Shown here: in pieces, positions 24,194-37,095 of the stretch
Layout of the letters: each line of letters starts with the position of its first letter
Numbering within the stretch: position 1 is the first letter of the stretch
NCBI RefSeq assembly: GCF_040954835.1
Contig: NC_090710.1
Location: forward strand, 31,644,586 to 31,708,585
Source: Lepisosteus oculatus
Lineage: Eukaryota
Direction: 5' to 3'
DNA: 64,000 nucleotides
Made by a program: the position numbers and the translations under genes
Notes under the pieces: model-generated
Seen by the model: only the letters and a program-made list of their open reading frames with translations
What the model was told of the DNA's origin: nothing
The model's database searches: none

Positions 24194-26079
24194 TGATAGA
24201 CTGGTGTAGTAAAAACTACTGTAGTGTTTGCCTTTATAAAGCAAACAAAAATAGGTCAGTAATTGCAACAGCACTGGTCATTTAACATTTGAGAAAAAAA
24301 GTCAAAACGTTGTAAAAAAACAAAACTTTGTTTTAAGTAAACTGGTACGCTATTTTATCAGTGATGAATAAAATAGTGCCATTAAAATTATGATGAGAAA
24401 CACTGAATGCACAGCATTTTTTTTTTTCTCAAGTATACACTTGGCACATAAAGGCTTACTTTCATCATGTGTACTAGGAATCTGCTGTTGTCCACTGTCA
24501 CTGAGAACGTCAAGTGCAGAACTCATTTAAGAAATAAACACTTCTGGTGAAATCCCAACTCCAGATTGATAACGGGTATAGCGCTGCTGCTCTTTATTGA
24601 GGTCCCAAGAGAGCAGGCTTTCAGCAATGCTGCTCAAGAACATGTGCATGTCTCATAATATACTTGATGTTATAACCTGTGGTTACTTTCAGGCAAATCG
24701 GAACACTGAAACATGAAATTATGTAGCATTTCCGTCTTCCATTTCAGTGGGAGTGAATATGTGGAGCATGTGGGATCAAACTTTGACATGGGTTTGTTCT
24801 CCTCACCTCTGCTACACTCTTGCATAATACTTACGAGAACCTGACAGAATAGTCAAAGCAAGAGGGTGGAGAAGAATTAGATCTAAGGGAATCCACTGGA
24901 AAATTTTCCAAAATGTTCAAAACTAACTCAATTTTGAAAAATAATTTTAATATAGTACGAAAAGGTTTTTAAATAAAAACCTGACTTGTTACTGTACAAT
25001 GATGAACAATAAGCATTATAAACTGAAACAAATAAACTGTGGTTTGTAACTTCTGTGAGTTGTATTGAACAAATTACACCGATATTAAGTTTCTCTGCAC
25101 TTCATTAGAAGTTATCTTGCAGAATACAAAGATGAACAAAAATAGCTGCATAAAAATCAGTCCTCATGTGTTTAATTACTAAAGCAACTCAAACAACAGA
25201 TCTAAAATACTGTGCTCTTACAACATTCTAGTTTACTCATCTTTAATCTGAAACTGGATACCCGATTTAAGTCTTCATGTTCCCTTTGTATCTTAGGCTC
25301 CTAACCTTAGCAGTACAGTCATCTAGCTAATAAAACCTGCTTTTGTAGAATACAATGGGAACGAGGAATAATAAAAATAACTTGTAACTTATTCTGGTGG
25401 CTGTTTTGGGATAACATCTAAGGTTTTGTTTGCTTCAACACCATCTGCTTCCAAATGTCAATCCAGTGATTTCGAAACGCATAAACACATAAGATAATAA
25501 GAATCACAGAGGTTGTCTTAATTGGTATTTTCTCTTTTTATAACTATATGTACTAAGTAAAGGAAGCTCCAATATCACAGCCACTCATTGTGTTGGTCCT
25601 CAGGAAATTGGAAGCAGTGAATATGATGCAACACAAAAACCACATTTTGTAGGACACAATGGTCAAGTGAAAAAGTCTAATACACTTCAAAATGCATAAT
25701 TAATATTAATTGCTATTAATATTAATTACAACCTTAACATTATTAACGAAATATGGATTTGGATTTTAGAGGGGAAAATAATTAAAACATGTAACGCACA
25801 TGGTGTGAGTAGGTCCACGAACAGTGCCGTCTGTGACATTTGTAACAACCTAATCCATTCATGGAAATTAGTTTTAGCTTTCAACACATCCTTGTTTAAT
25901 CAAAACTGCTCTTTTCATAAACGAAAAAGGGTTACCAATTCATTGCTTTTTGATACGTAATGGCAAAGTAGGAAAAAAACGGGTTACGTTTTAAAAATAA
26001 ATTAACCCCCAGTTTATGTAGCAAAAATAAGAATTGGAGCCAGGCGATTAGAAATTGGGCGATATATAAACAAGGACTG

Positions 26080-26800
26080 AGTTTGGGCAGCCCTGTCCCA
26101 TATATTGGTCACTTTGTGAGTCTGGTCATCATACAATTAGCAGAAACATGGCATGATAAAAGATTTCAGAGGACATCAGAAAAGGAGCTGATGTGCTGCA
26201 GTCTAGAGAGGATTACAACAGCATTTCTAAATATCTTTGAGGTACCATCCATCCGCTGTCAAGAGTCTGCAAACAGGAAATATTCAAGACCACATCGACT
26301 CTGCCCAGGGTCCTTCCATCCTGCCAGGATCTCTCCAGACGCACAGCAGACAAGCATTTCGGAAATCACTAGGAGCCCCAGAGTAAGTCTAGGTCTAAGG
26401 ATCTGCGCGCCTCTCTTGCGGAGGCTAATCGTGATCATGCTTCAGACATTAGAAACTGATGTAGAGACAGAATGGGAATGATGATCATGGGAGGATATTA
26501 AATCTGCCCATCTCAAATTCACCAAAAGAGCACCTGGACAAGCTTCCAAGGCGACTGGAAGAACGTCCTCTGGACAGACAAGACAAACGCTGACCTTTCT
26601 GGCCAAACTGCCTTGCAACCGAGGAACCTCATGACCGTCAAGCATGGTGGTGGGAGTATCGCTGTTTGGGTCAGCTGTGCCAAGAGTAATAAAAACCATG
26701 TTTTCTGTAATTATCAGTCTCTTTGGAGTTGGAAGTCACTGCTGCTCAAGAAGGGAGCACAAACCACGGAATTCAATGAATATGTACACAAGTCCTAATG
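26080..26800 (+). mobile_element. Degenerate Tc1-like transposase remnant
   Basis: ORF 26613..26798 carries TVKHGGGSIAVW, the Tc1 DDE-region motif. ORF 26083..26481 is similar to the Tc1 N-terminal region (..RTSEKEL..). Confidence 0.5.
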
Positions 26801-29800
26801 AGGATATTTATTTTTGGACCATTCTGTTAAATCTAAATATATCTTAAGTCAATGTGTTGTTGAATCAGGTTATATTATTATTTTATTAAGATTGTAATGA
26901 AGATCTAAATACATTTTAGGTCAAACATAAATGAAAATATGGAACAAAATAGATGCTTTGTTGACTTCTGAGGTTTAGCAAATTCTGTTTTGTCCAAAGC
27001 TGCAGCTGCATATTCCTTTCGGCCCTTGCAATTAGCAGGGTCAACGATATGAACGGTTTCTTTCTGTAACATTAGCCCTAAAAAAACCTTTCATAGTATA
27101 AGAGACTACATCTGCCATCACAGAAACCTGCTAAGTGAAAAATTCAAAGAGACTACAGGTCAGTGAGATGTTGGTTGTGACGCCTTCAGGTCTGCATCTG
27201 CATCATGGGCTCTCCCAAACAACAGTTTGGGCTGAATCAACAGCCTTTAAAAATACAGCTACTGAGTGCTATTGAGACTCATTAGAGCCTTCATTTGGAC
27301 AGTTTTGCATTTTTTAATGCACATGAACTCTAAATGTTAGGTAATGCTAATTTGTGCTTTGGAAGACTGATCAGAAAATTTGAAGGAAGCATAAAGAGCA
27401 CCTCATTAAAACTCAAAACAGATGCAACAATAAGGGGGTAGACGGCTTTTGTGAAAAGAAAAACATTACTGAAGTGACTGTGCAATCCTGCATGCAGTTT
27501 CTTACAAAGCAACTCGCTTTGAAATTTACTCCATAGAAAAAATTCCAAAACTGCCAGTATGATAATTCCACCAAGACATACTTCAGGCAGCTTTTAAGGG
27601 CCTGGCAACTAAAAAAATTCAAAACCTGGGGTTTAATGTAGATTAAAAACCCAGGAACTGGTGCTAACTAGTATTACTGCCCAATCGTATTTCAACAAAT
27701 ACTGGCATTGTTCAATTTAATATTAGCACAAAGCACTTAAAATCCCAAGCGGAGTTCATTTAATTAACGCGGTTTTTGTGTTCAGGCGTATGGAGGCAGG
27801 CGAACGTACAGCCGATACTGGCTGCCGTTTATTCTTCTCCTTTATAAACCACGGTGACATTTAACATGCGTCAAGTATCACTATTGGGGCCACTGCCGAT
27901 AAACTAACAAACAAAAAATATAACAGGTCCAAAAAAAAAGAATGTTGTTGCTGGAACATGTTACAGTGAGCTGTTTCAGTGCCGTTTCTCTGGCACACAT
28001 TAGAGGTCTTCTGCGAATGCTAAACACGCTCCAGAGCTGTCACAATCCAGGTATCGCCCCTTCTTCAGAGCCTAAACTGTTGTCAAGTTTTAAATTACTT
28101 CTGTCATTTGCGGACAGGACCTGGCTTTAAACTGTCATCGAAACGATGTTGCATTTTTATGTAAATGGATAATGAAGTTGAAAAGGAATTCGAAACCAGA
28201 ATATTACTGTTTTCAGACAGGAATTGCGGTCTGTAATAAGTTTGGGTCTTACAAAAATGAAGCTGAGTAACACAGACGAACGTACACCATACTAAATTAT
28301 GACAGTAGTTCATCAGTATTAAAAAGGAGAAGGCAGGACTGCTAAAATTATCACAGTAAAAAATTATGACCTAGTTCAGCAAATGTTAATGCTGAAGTGA
28401 TCTGTGATTTGAACAAATCTACGCTTCAAGAAACTTCAAATGTGTGTGCATGGAGTAAGTTTGCATACAGTATGTACTTTATATACAAGCACCCCAAACC
28501 ACACAAATCTGGGGGTACCAGTGGAAAGGCCATCTAACGCCTCAGTTCCAATACATACTTCAGTCAACCCACGTCACACATGAAACCCAAGACTCAACAC
28601 CGGGAATCAGCACCTTTCAGAACGAATCAAGGTCTTTACATTAAAATATAATTGCATGACGAGCAATGTAATTGAGTTTTCTATGATTTTGTGTTTAGAA
28701 GGAAAAAAGCTTTCATAGTATGCAAACTGACCCTTTGCAATGTCCTTATTAGATGTGGACATTATAGATGTTTTTTTTTTTAAACTTTCAAGCCTTTAAA
28801 ATAAGCATTTGGTTATGACATATCTTATTTAATTTGCACTGAAGCTTGCATTACTTATTTTATTCTTGACCCCATTTCCATTCCAGTTCAAATGACACTA
28901 AGACAAATGGGATATAAATACGACTTTTCTTTTTTTTTTTAAAGTTTTAAACCTTGATATTATTTTGTGGGTCTGTGAAGCCCATGGTTGGCAATCGAGC
29001 TATTGTGCTTGTTTAAATTCATAACCTCATTAGTAAAAATTGGTCTTTAAAACCACCTCACTTTAAAAAATAATCTGACAACTACAATTATACATCGGGC
29101 ATTGTAGACAGTCATTTCTAAAGAATACCTAAAACAGTTTAGTTTGATGACTAAAAGCTTTTGTCATCTGCAGCAAAGGTGTTTTATCCTCAACTAAAAG
29201 CTTCACAAAAGCATGAAAATCACCTTTTAAAAACATCAAGAATGATTTTGGACACAGGTATACTGTTTGCAACCTAAGTAGCCGTGACTAAGCCGCATCA
29301 ATACATATTAGACATGCTTTTACAATGTCAGCAAGGGAAGTCTATAATAAAGTGCCTACTATCTTCTGTTTTCCTGGGTGAAAGGTCTTGCTGTGGTCTC
29401 TCAATATATCCATTAACTCATGTACATACTTAAATAACTCATAGAAAATGGCTTTACAAGACCATTAAAATCTCTAAGCAGACCTTTGATTTTCATGAAA
29501 CTGATAGTTACAGATAACTTAAGTATAATGGACACATTTAAAATGTAAATGAACAAAACAATGAAATTGAATACAAAAGGCAGAAAAGGGTTATTTGAAA
29601 TAATCAAAACCTTTGCTTCAGGACTGATCTTTATATCCTCACAGATGACTGCAAAATGGAGATTAAGACAACTACAATTATGAAAATGGAAAGTGCACAC
29701 ACAATATTAATTTCAGTTAGTAATATCTTTCCTAATCCTCAACCACACACACACATTAAAGAGCATCTTGTGTGTATTTTGAATACCACTGTACTTCACC

Positions 29801-31740
29801 CATTAATTTAGGCCTAGTGTAACCATTCATGATACTTATTTTTCATCGTAACAAGGATAAGCAAGTAAAAAATGGCACAGAGACAGCATCTTATTATTAT
29901 AAATAAAAAAATATTTTCCAGTTTTCCAGGTTTTACATATTACAACATTTGAAAATGCATTATCCGTTTGGAAGTATATTTTTTGACATTCTGCTGCTCC
30001 TAATTTCATGTATTACCCGAAACCCTATAACAAATCTTAATATTTTGGAGAAAAAGCTTATTTGAAAGCAAGTTTCAAAACCATACCAATACAATTTCAA
30101 CAGGAAAAAATAGATAAAGGAATATAAAGGTTTTGAGATCAAATGAGATGAATAATCTGTTGAAATGGCATTACATTCTAAGCTTTTATTTAGTGTGGGG
30201 AATATAATCACTTAGTTAAAAAAAATCATTCATTTAAAAATTACTCTATTGAATTGAGATATTCAATAATGAGGTACTTAACTGTTGACTCAGTCATGCT
30301 GGGATATTGTAATAAACATGGATATTCAAGGATATTTGAAAATAGTACCGTAACCCTAACTTTGTTACAGGAGACACCCACACTGTTATATAGGACCCAT
30401 TTATCTTTACTGAAGGAATACACACGTTACATTTAACAAAAACAATTGTAGCCAACCCTCAGTATTACATAAAATCCATAATCCAGGATTAAAAGTATGT
30501 TTTCTTCCCACTGTCAAGTAACCACAGTGAGTTCCACTTGGCGCAGTTACTTAAAAAGTACACAGGATGCACAATTATGTAGAAAACATTTATTTCCTTG
30601 ATTACCAAGAGATTTTCCTTGGTGCCATCATTATTGAAAAAGGTTTGAGAGGAGAACTGATTTAGATGCTCACCTTGTGTCAGTGCTTCACAGGTATTTA
30701 CTTTAGCTTACACCAGTGATCCATCAACACTACTAAAAAGATCATCTTAAGATAAAAGATGAAAAAACGAAAATCATTCAGCTTTGAGTGAACAGAATTA
30801 CAAAATGCCAGGAGAAAGGACAGCTGTATTTTTTTCCAATCCTCTTCCCAGTGTACAAGCAAAGCCATTTTCAAAAGAAAAACACACCCAAGTGCCAAAA
30901 ATAATTTTCAGTTACAAGCACGTAGAAGGTTTTATCTATCAAATACTTCCCAGTAGTATGGATGATACCAAACTGCAATCTACATGAGATAACGATACTG
31001 AATTTCATTAACATTTTCAAGTACAACTGCAGACAACTAGTGTTTCAAATTATTTTATTGTTAAAGTATTGCTAGAACAAAACGTTGACCGAAAAGAAAA
31101 ACAAAACTGTCCACAGATAAAGTACTGATGCCCTAGAGGAAATAAATGCATGCATTTTACATTGAAAACACTAACTACAGCAAGGTACCAATGCAGCTTT
31201 CAATTAGGATCAAAACTAAATCAAAATAAAAAAATACATATCACAAAGTAAAGAAACATCCTGGTCACATGGGGCTGAAATGATGAAAGCAGTCCAGAGC
31301 TATATCCATGGCTTTAAATTAAAATAAAGGATTTCATTTGCGAAAATAACCGTCACTTTCCTCACAATTTTTAGGACTTCAGCAACTCTAAAAGATCTTC
31401 ACCTCAGCCAAAGGCAGCTGTGGATCTTCAGCAAATGATTAGATTTCGATATAATGGAAGTCTAAAAGTCTTGCCAAGCTTTTTTTTTTGTTTGTTTCCT
31501 CCATTTCCAGTAAAACTGTACAAGATACAGCCAAATCATGTCCACATTCATCACTTGCCAATAGAAATGTTTGTGCTGCTACACCGCAGGAGTCATGATA
31601 CCTACAAATCAGGCTGCAAATTACACTGACAACAAATGCTAAAACTATCTGCAAAATAAAACGAGTAACATTTAGCGGACGTTGAAGGGGCGTCTACTCT
31701 CTGTAGAGAAGCTGGAATGCACTTTAAGGGCTCGGAAAGC

Positions 31741-31926
31741 TCAGTATCTACGACGCTTGTTAGGTCCATCAAAGTTGCCCCCTTGGTTCCCCCGCCCAAA
31801 CCCCCCAGGCCCGCCCCCCACAGCCCCAGCACCAACCATGGGTGCCTGCTGAGCTTCAACACCGGGCCTGCTGACCAGCGGGGAGCCCATGGGCGGGGGG
31901 CCACCTTGCGGGAATCTATCACTGCG
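31741..31926 (-). CDS. PSPC1: PSPC1 terminal coding exon ([61 protein letters not shown]). The 3'UTR continues toward lower coordinates
   Basis: Acceptor gctgtAG (ag at 31928-31927). The stop TGA is the reverse complement of plus TCA at 31741-31743. The C-terminal [17 protein letters not shown] motif matches the DBHS C-terminal nuclear-localisation signal. Candidate minus-strand AATAAA signals lie near 31055 and 30190. Confidence 0.85.
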   Translation of the reverse strand, partial: RSDRFPQGGPPPMGSPLVSRPGVEAQQAPMVGAGAVGGGPGGFGRGNQGGNFDGPNKRRRY

Positions 31927-34165
31927 CTACAGCGTTCGGTTCGAGAACGAACATGCAGTCCGTCGATGGATGCCACGACAGCCAGGAAAATAACGGGATT
32001 AAAAAAACATTCCAATATTCCAAGTGTTGCCGTCGGGAAGGTCAGCAGACAGTCCGAGCAGTACCAGGAACAAACAATGAGAAGGAAGAGAGGAGTCATT
32101 TCATTAGTTATTTGGATTTTTGAATCGCTGATCAATGAGAGCTTGTAAACTTCACCGTTAAAAAGCTTTAACCCTGACATGTCCTGTGCACTCAAAATCT
32201 AGACTGCTACAGCCAACTATAGATTATAAAAAAAAAATAAAGGTGGAGAAAAGGCGTTAGAAGGGCAGAGTCTCCAGGCTAATTTCGGACATTATGATAT
32301 CCATATACTCTTAATCTTTAGCATAATGCATTAAAGCACAAGATAAAAGCGTCTGAACTTTCAGACTGAAGCTTCATTTTTTCATATCAATAACCACTAC
32401 AGAAGTGACAGTTCAGCCTATGGAAGAAACGTACTTTTAACCATTAAAGCAACCTTGAGCATTATTATATCAGCCTCTCTGATGCCTTTTACCACCAGTC
32501 TATTATGAAAATTTCTAATCACTATTTAGATTTTACAGGCCATATGAAAGAATACCCCAGTAATACTTGATAAGAATATTATACATTAAAATTGTTACAA
32601 GACTATACAACAGTACAGACTAAATGCAAGATAAAAAAATGCCTGAAGAGATTAAAACTGAGAAAGGCCGAACTTCCAAGAACATAAATGTTTATGTGTG
32701 AATGAATATTTTGCTGGATACAGCTTTACTGAACTCTTAAGTAATTAAGAATACAGAACTCCGCACATATGAAGCATATTTACGCACTGCTTGTGCAAAA
32801 AATCAAGGGCTAAAAATTGGTAATCCTGTCTTGAAGCCACAGGATCATTGAGCATTTTAACTTGCCCTTTATTTCCATTTAAATCATCGCTAGATCGGAT
32901 ACTAGTTTTGGCTGTACAGATGTCTTATGAAGACATAAGGTTAAGAGAACGCATTCCAATGAAATAAGGCAACAGAATGGCAAACATGTTCTTACAAGCT
33001 TTAGTAAAAAGAATCTAACAATAAAAAAGATCAAAGAAATATGCCATTCTTCCAAAGAAAAAACTCAAATTAAAAACCTATAGTACTGGATTATAGTCTT
33101 CAAGAAATGTTTTACATCTAAGTAACTGGCAATAAATTATTAATCTTGAAGATGTACACGGTGAGTCTATGCAAGTAAAATCATATTCCTGCTTGAGAAC
33201 TTGTGCCAACCATGTGCAGCTGAAACCTACGGTTCTTCTGTACTGCCTAAAGCCTAGTGGTGTCTATTTCACAGCTGTTAAAGCAACTCTATTATGAAGA
33301 TACAGTACATAAAAGTAGTTTTTTTAAGACTCCAAAGTGTATAAATATTTTGAAGTTCCCTAAAGTATATGAACAAGAAATCAGGGCAACTACAAGTGAC
33401 AGGTGATTTCTGATTTTTAAAATGACACCCTTCACAAATGTAATTTTATGTTATTCCTGTATATATTTCTTCTCACAGAGTAAAACACTGGGGATCTCGT
33501 AATAGCAACACATTATCAAATGATGGACTCTTGATAGGTTGGCTTGCTGGTGAAATGCACAGATGGTCCTCATTTGCCTCTTATGGGAGAAGGGTGCTAC
33601 TGGTAAAACCAACAACAGGCAAATTAAAGCCTGGCAAGTAAAACATTAAATAGGCAATTATAGATTAATGCATATAAGCCTAATCCACTTCTGAAATACA
33701 TGGCAAATTTAAGAAGGGATTCACCTGAGCAAATGCAATAAGATGGTGACTTTAAAAATCAATGTCAAAAATGAATAATAGAATAACAATAACGATATAA
33801 ATTGTTTTAATGCTACAATTTTGGATGAGAGGAGGTATGCCGAGCACACCAGGATACAGAATTACTGAAGAACATACAGAAATGCTGTATTCAAGCTTAA
33901 AGGCTTTAAAATGCCAAAGATCAGCTGTGATGGCATTCATTATCTCCTGGACCGCGCCTGCCCTCCGAAGTGAAATCCCATTTCAGTTCTGCATCAGGAC
34001 ACTAAGAGCACTCATAGCCCTGATCTTCAGGAGGAACAAGCTGCCATGTGGACACTTCTTCTACCAGGACACACACTTTCATGTACAAACGCCCGCGATG
34101 AGGGGGGGAGGGGAGGGAGGAAAAAAAACGATCACAGTAAGCAAATGATTCCATGAATACGTTAC

Positions 34166-34335
34166 CATGGCTCCGTTATCGGGTATCATTGGCGTTCCCA
34201 TGTTTGGTGCTCCCTCTGGCCCCATGGCAGGACCAGGTCCCAATGCAGTGCCAGAGATTGCTCCTCTGTTGTTCATATTCATACCCATCATTTGAGGGGG
34301 GCCTTGGTTACCAGCAGCTGCTGGGCTATAAGTAT
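34166..34335 (-). CDS. PSPC1: PSPC1 exon 8 (Gly/Met/Pro/Asn-rich low-complexity tail: [57 protein letters not shown])
   Basis: Acceptor ttgcatAG (ag at 34337-34336), donor ATG|gtaacg (gt at 34165-34164). Lies within ORF 34079..34348(-). Confidence 0.85.
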
Positions 34336-35040
34336 CTATGCAAAACAATCGTTCTTTTACTCAAAGCGATAGGCGACAGGCTAAAGCAGTATAAAAGAAT
34401 TAAAAGTAAAAAGTGGAGGACAAACTGTGTGAGGCTCCTTTTATTTTATTTCAAATCTAACGACGAGGGTTCAAATATTTGGGACTGCACATTAAATTGC
34501 CCTGTAGTAAGAGCAAACGCTTCCTGAAGCAGCGCTTTTAAGCATACGCAACAGACTCCATCAAACTGAGGAATGTTTTTTTGCCACGTGAAACTAAGAA
34601 AAATGGACATACAAAGATGAAATCTTTAAAAGGCCTTCTTGGTAGCATAATATCAGGCATAATACAAAGGCATCTCACCTTGCACAGGACAAACTGGTTT
34701 TAAAACACATCCTAAAACTTTGTTTGAAAGAAGTGATAAGCCTAGTTGCAAGTTACAGAATATAACTTAATGTTGTGATGCACTGACAAGCACACACACA
34801 TTTAGTACCACTTACAAGACAGCCCAAGTACGTGTTATACCACAGCAGTGTTTTAAATTCTGTCTGACAGTCTGAAGTCCTCCAATATGCTACCGATAAC
34901 ACAATTATACAAAAAAGAAAAGTATAGAAGACAGACGAGAAAAGGCTTCGAACCTAAATAATTTCAAAATTCACATTTAGAATCAAGAAGGATATGATCA
35001 AGTTTATGTCCTAAAGAAACATACCCTTAATTTCACATGA

Positions 35041-35080
35041 ACTTATTTGAGAATTAAGGTTACACTTGTGGAATTAAGGT
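35041..35080. repeat. Tandem duplication of a 20-bp unit (gaattaaggttacacttgtg, two copies)
   Basis: Exact direct repeat visible in the sequence. Confidence 0.8.
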
Positions 35081-37037
35081 TACACTTGTGAATAATGCAC
35101 AACTATGGGTTGAGACAAATTTCTCCAGGGGAGTAAAGTGTCCAAACTGAAAACGTTGAACAGTTACTGTGATTCTCCAGCATGAACAGCACCTTACAAA
35201 ACCGGAGCCTCATTATAGTTGTGGAAAAGTAACCATACCAAAGGCACCTTATGGAGTGCATTTCAAACATAGGTGAAGCTCAGTACTGAATACAATGTGA
35301 TTGGTGCTGTATTCGAGTTACCTTAGAATAACACGCAGAATGAAACTGCCTCGAAGCCTTCTGAAGCCATTTACGTTAAAACATTAACGGCACAATTTGG
35401 GAAGAACTGTTTCAATGCCTAAACGTTCTTCCAGTTTTTATAAGGATTTCATACATTAAAGAATCACATAGGTAATGCAAAGTAAAAATAATGAGATTTA
35501 AAACTGGTAATTATTGTTTATCTACAGCATGCTATGCAATAAAATGTCTGAAAGTCTGATTTATTTATGAGCAACAGAACTGAAGGCACACAATTTGAGG
35601 TTATACTGCAAATTTCCAGTTTGCATCTTAGTATCAGCATAACGTACCATATTATTTCTCATATTTTTCACAACCGTATTAGTTTACTCGTATGCAAAGG
35701 GAAAGTAGAGTGATGTCCCGAGTAGACACACAAAATACAAAAGTAAGATCAATGGCTTTAAAAGATATAATCATGGTAAGATTTTTCAGACAAAACACAT
35801 CAGGGAAGTTCAACAGAAAAGATGGAAGCCGCAGGTTTTACGCGTCAGAAGGTCATGCGAGAATGATTTAAAACAGCCAACAGGAAGAATGAATCTCTGA
35901 AATGAGTTGCCGCATGAGAGCGCTTCAGGGACTTCTTCGAGAAACAGGGTTTGGGATGCTGAGTGATGGCCAAGCCACCTAGTACCAAAGGCTTTTCCTA
36001 TTTAAGAAATGAAACAGCCTTCTCTTCTGTTTTTGGAAGAAAAAAAAATGTGTTTGGAAGCATTTCACCTGCACATTTAAATAAAGGCGACACCGCGGGA
36101 ATGTGGTGGAATGAAGCAGCACATGGAACTAAACTGACAGTTTCAGCAAAAAAAAAATGTACTCCAAGTTCTTGATTTATGATTGATAAATTTATCCTAG
36201 TAGAAGACCCCACCGCATTCATTACATCCAACCGAAAAATGCGAAAAAAGGCGACACAAACGCGCTGCTCGGCAGTTTGGAAAGTTGTGAACACCTGACC
36301 AGGTAGGAATCATCACATATGAGCAGCAGCCGATCTGAACCTCATAAGGGAACTGCAGGTGAAATGCAATAAAAATAAATCACTGCAAATGTATACTGAA
36401 TTAACAGCATTATTTTCCTTAGATTCAGTGCTCATTATGTAATTTTGAAAAGCATACACGACTACAGCATGTAAGGAATACGGAAAACCTTGCACCTGTG
36501 GATGTAGAGACTACAAATCAAGGCAAGTACATCACAGTTGATCGAATAAAAAAATAAATGTATACGTACATTGCCTGTGGTTTACAGAGAGGAGGAAAAC
36601 TAATTTGCATTGCAATTCATAAGAAAAAAACCTGAAATCCGTACTTCACTAATAAGATGCTTTGCACCTCAAACCTCACCTAACCCCAGGAGTTCCCATG
36701 TATGAGGGGGTCACGGTGCCCTGGGAGAAAACAGCAGCACGTCGACCCAGTCAAGCCACTTTGCCAGTTCGACCCACCGCACTAGCGACTAGGTTCTGGG
36801 TGAAGAGGTGGCAGAAAGGCAATGATCATGCCGATGATTTTGTCACTGCATGTGGAGAATCAGGCACCAGCGAACAGAAAACCACTGAGTTGAGTTGCTG
36901 GACTGGGTTATAGATATGGACAGCGTTTCAGAGATACCAAGATCACATATTTGCATATAATGTACAGTCCCAAACATTGCACAAGACATAAAAGAAGCCG
37001 AACACAGCCGCCTTTTGTCGTGACTTCAGGTCCCTAC

Positions 37038-37095
37038 CTCCCATATTAATCGCTCCACGGGGACCCATATCACCCATTCTCATTTCCTGTTCTCT
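37038..37095 (-). CDS. PSPC1: PSPC1 exon 7 (REQEMRMGDMGPRGAINMG-)
   Basis: Acceptor acttccAG (ag at 37097-37096), donor GGAG|gtaggg (gt at 37037-37036). Phase-0 entry and phase-1 exit. Confidence 0.85.

Noticed and set aside
31602-32195. Minus ORF 31602..32195 (197 aa) and plus ORF 31717..32148 (143 aa)
   Set aside because: Both overlap the PSPC1 last exon but in the wrong frame or strand. The correct frame ends ...GPNKRRRY* at 31741.
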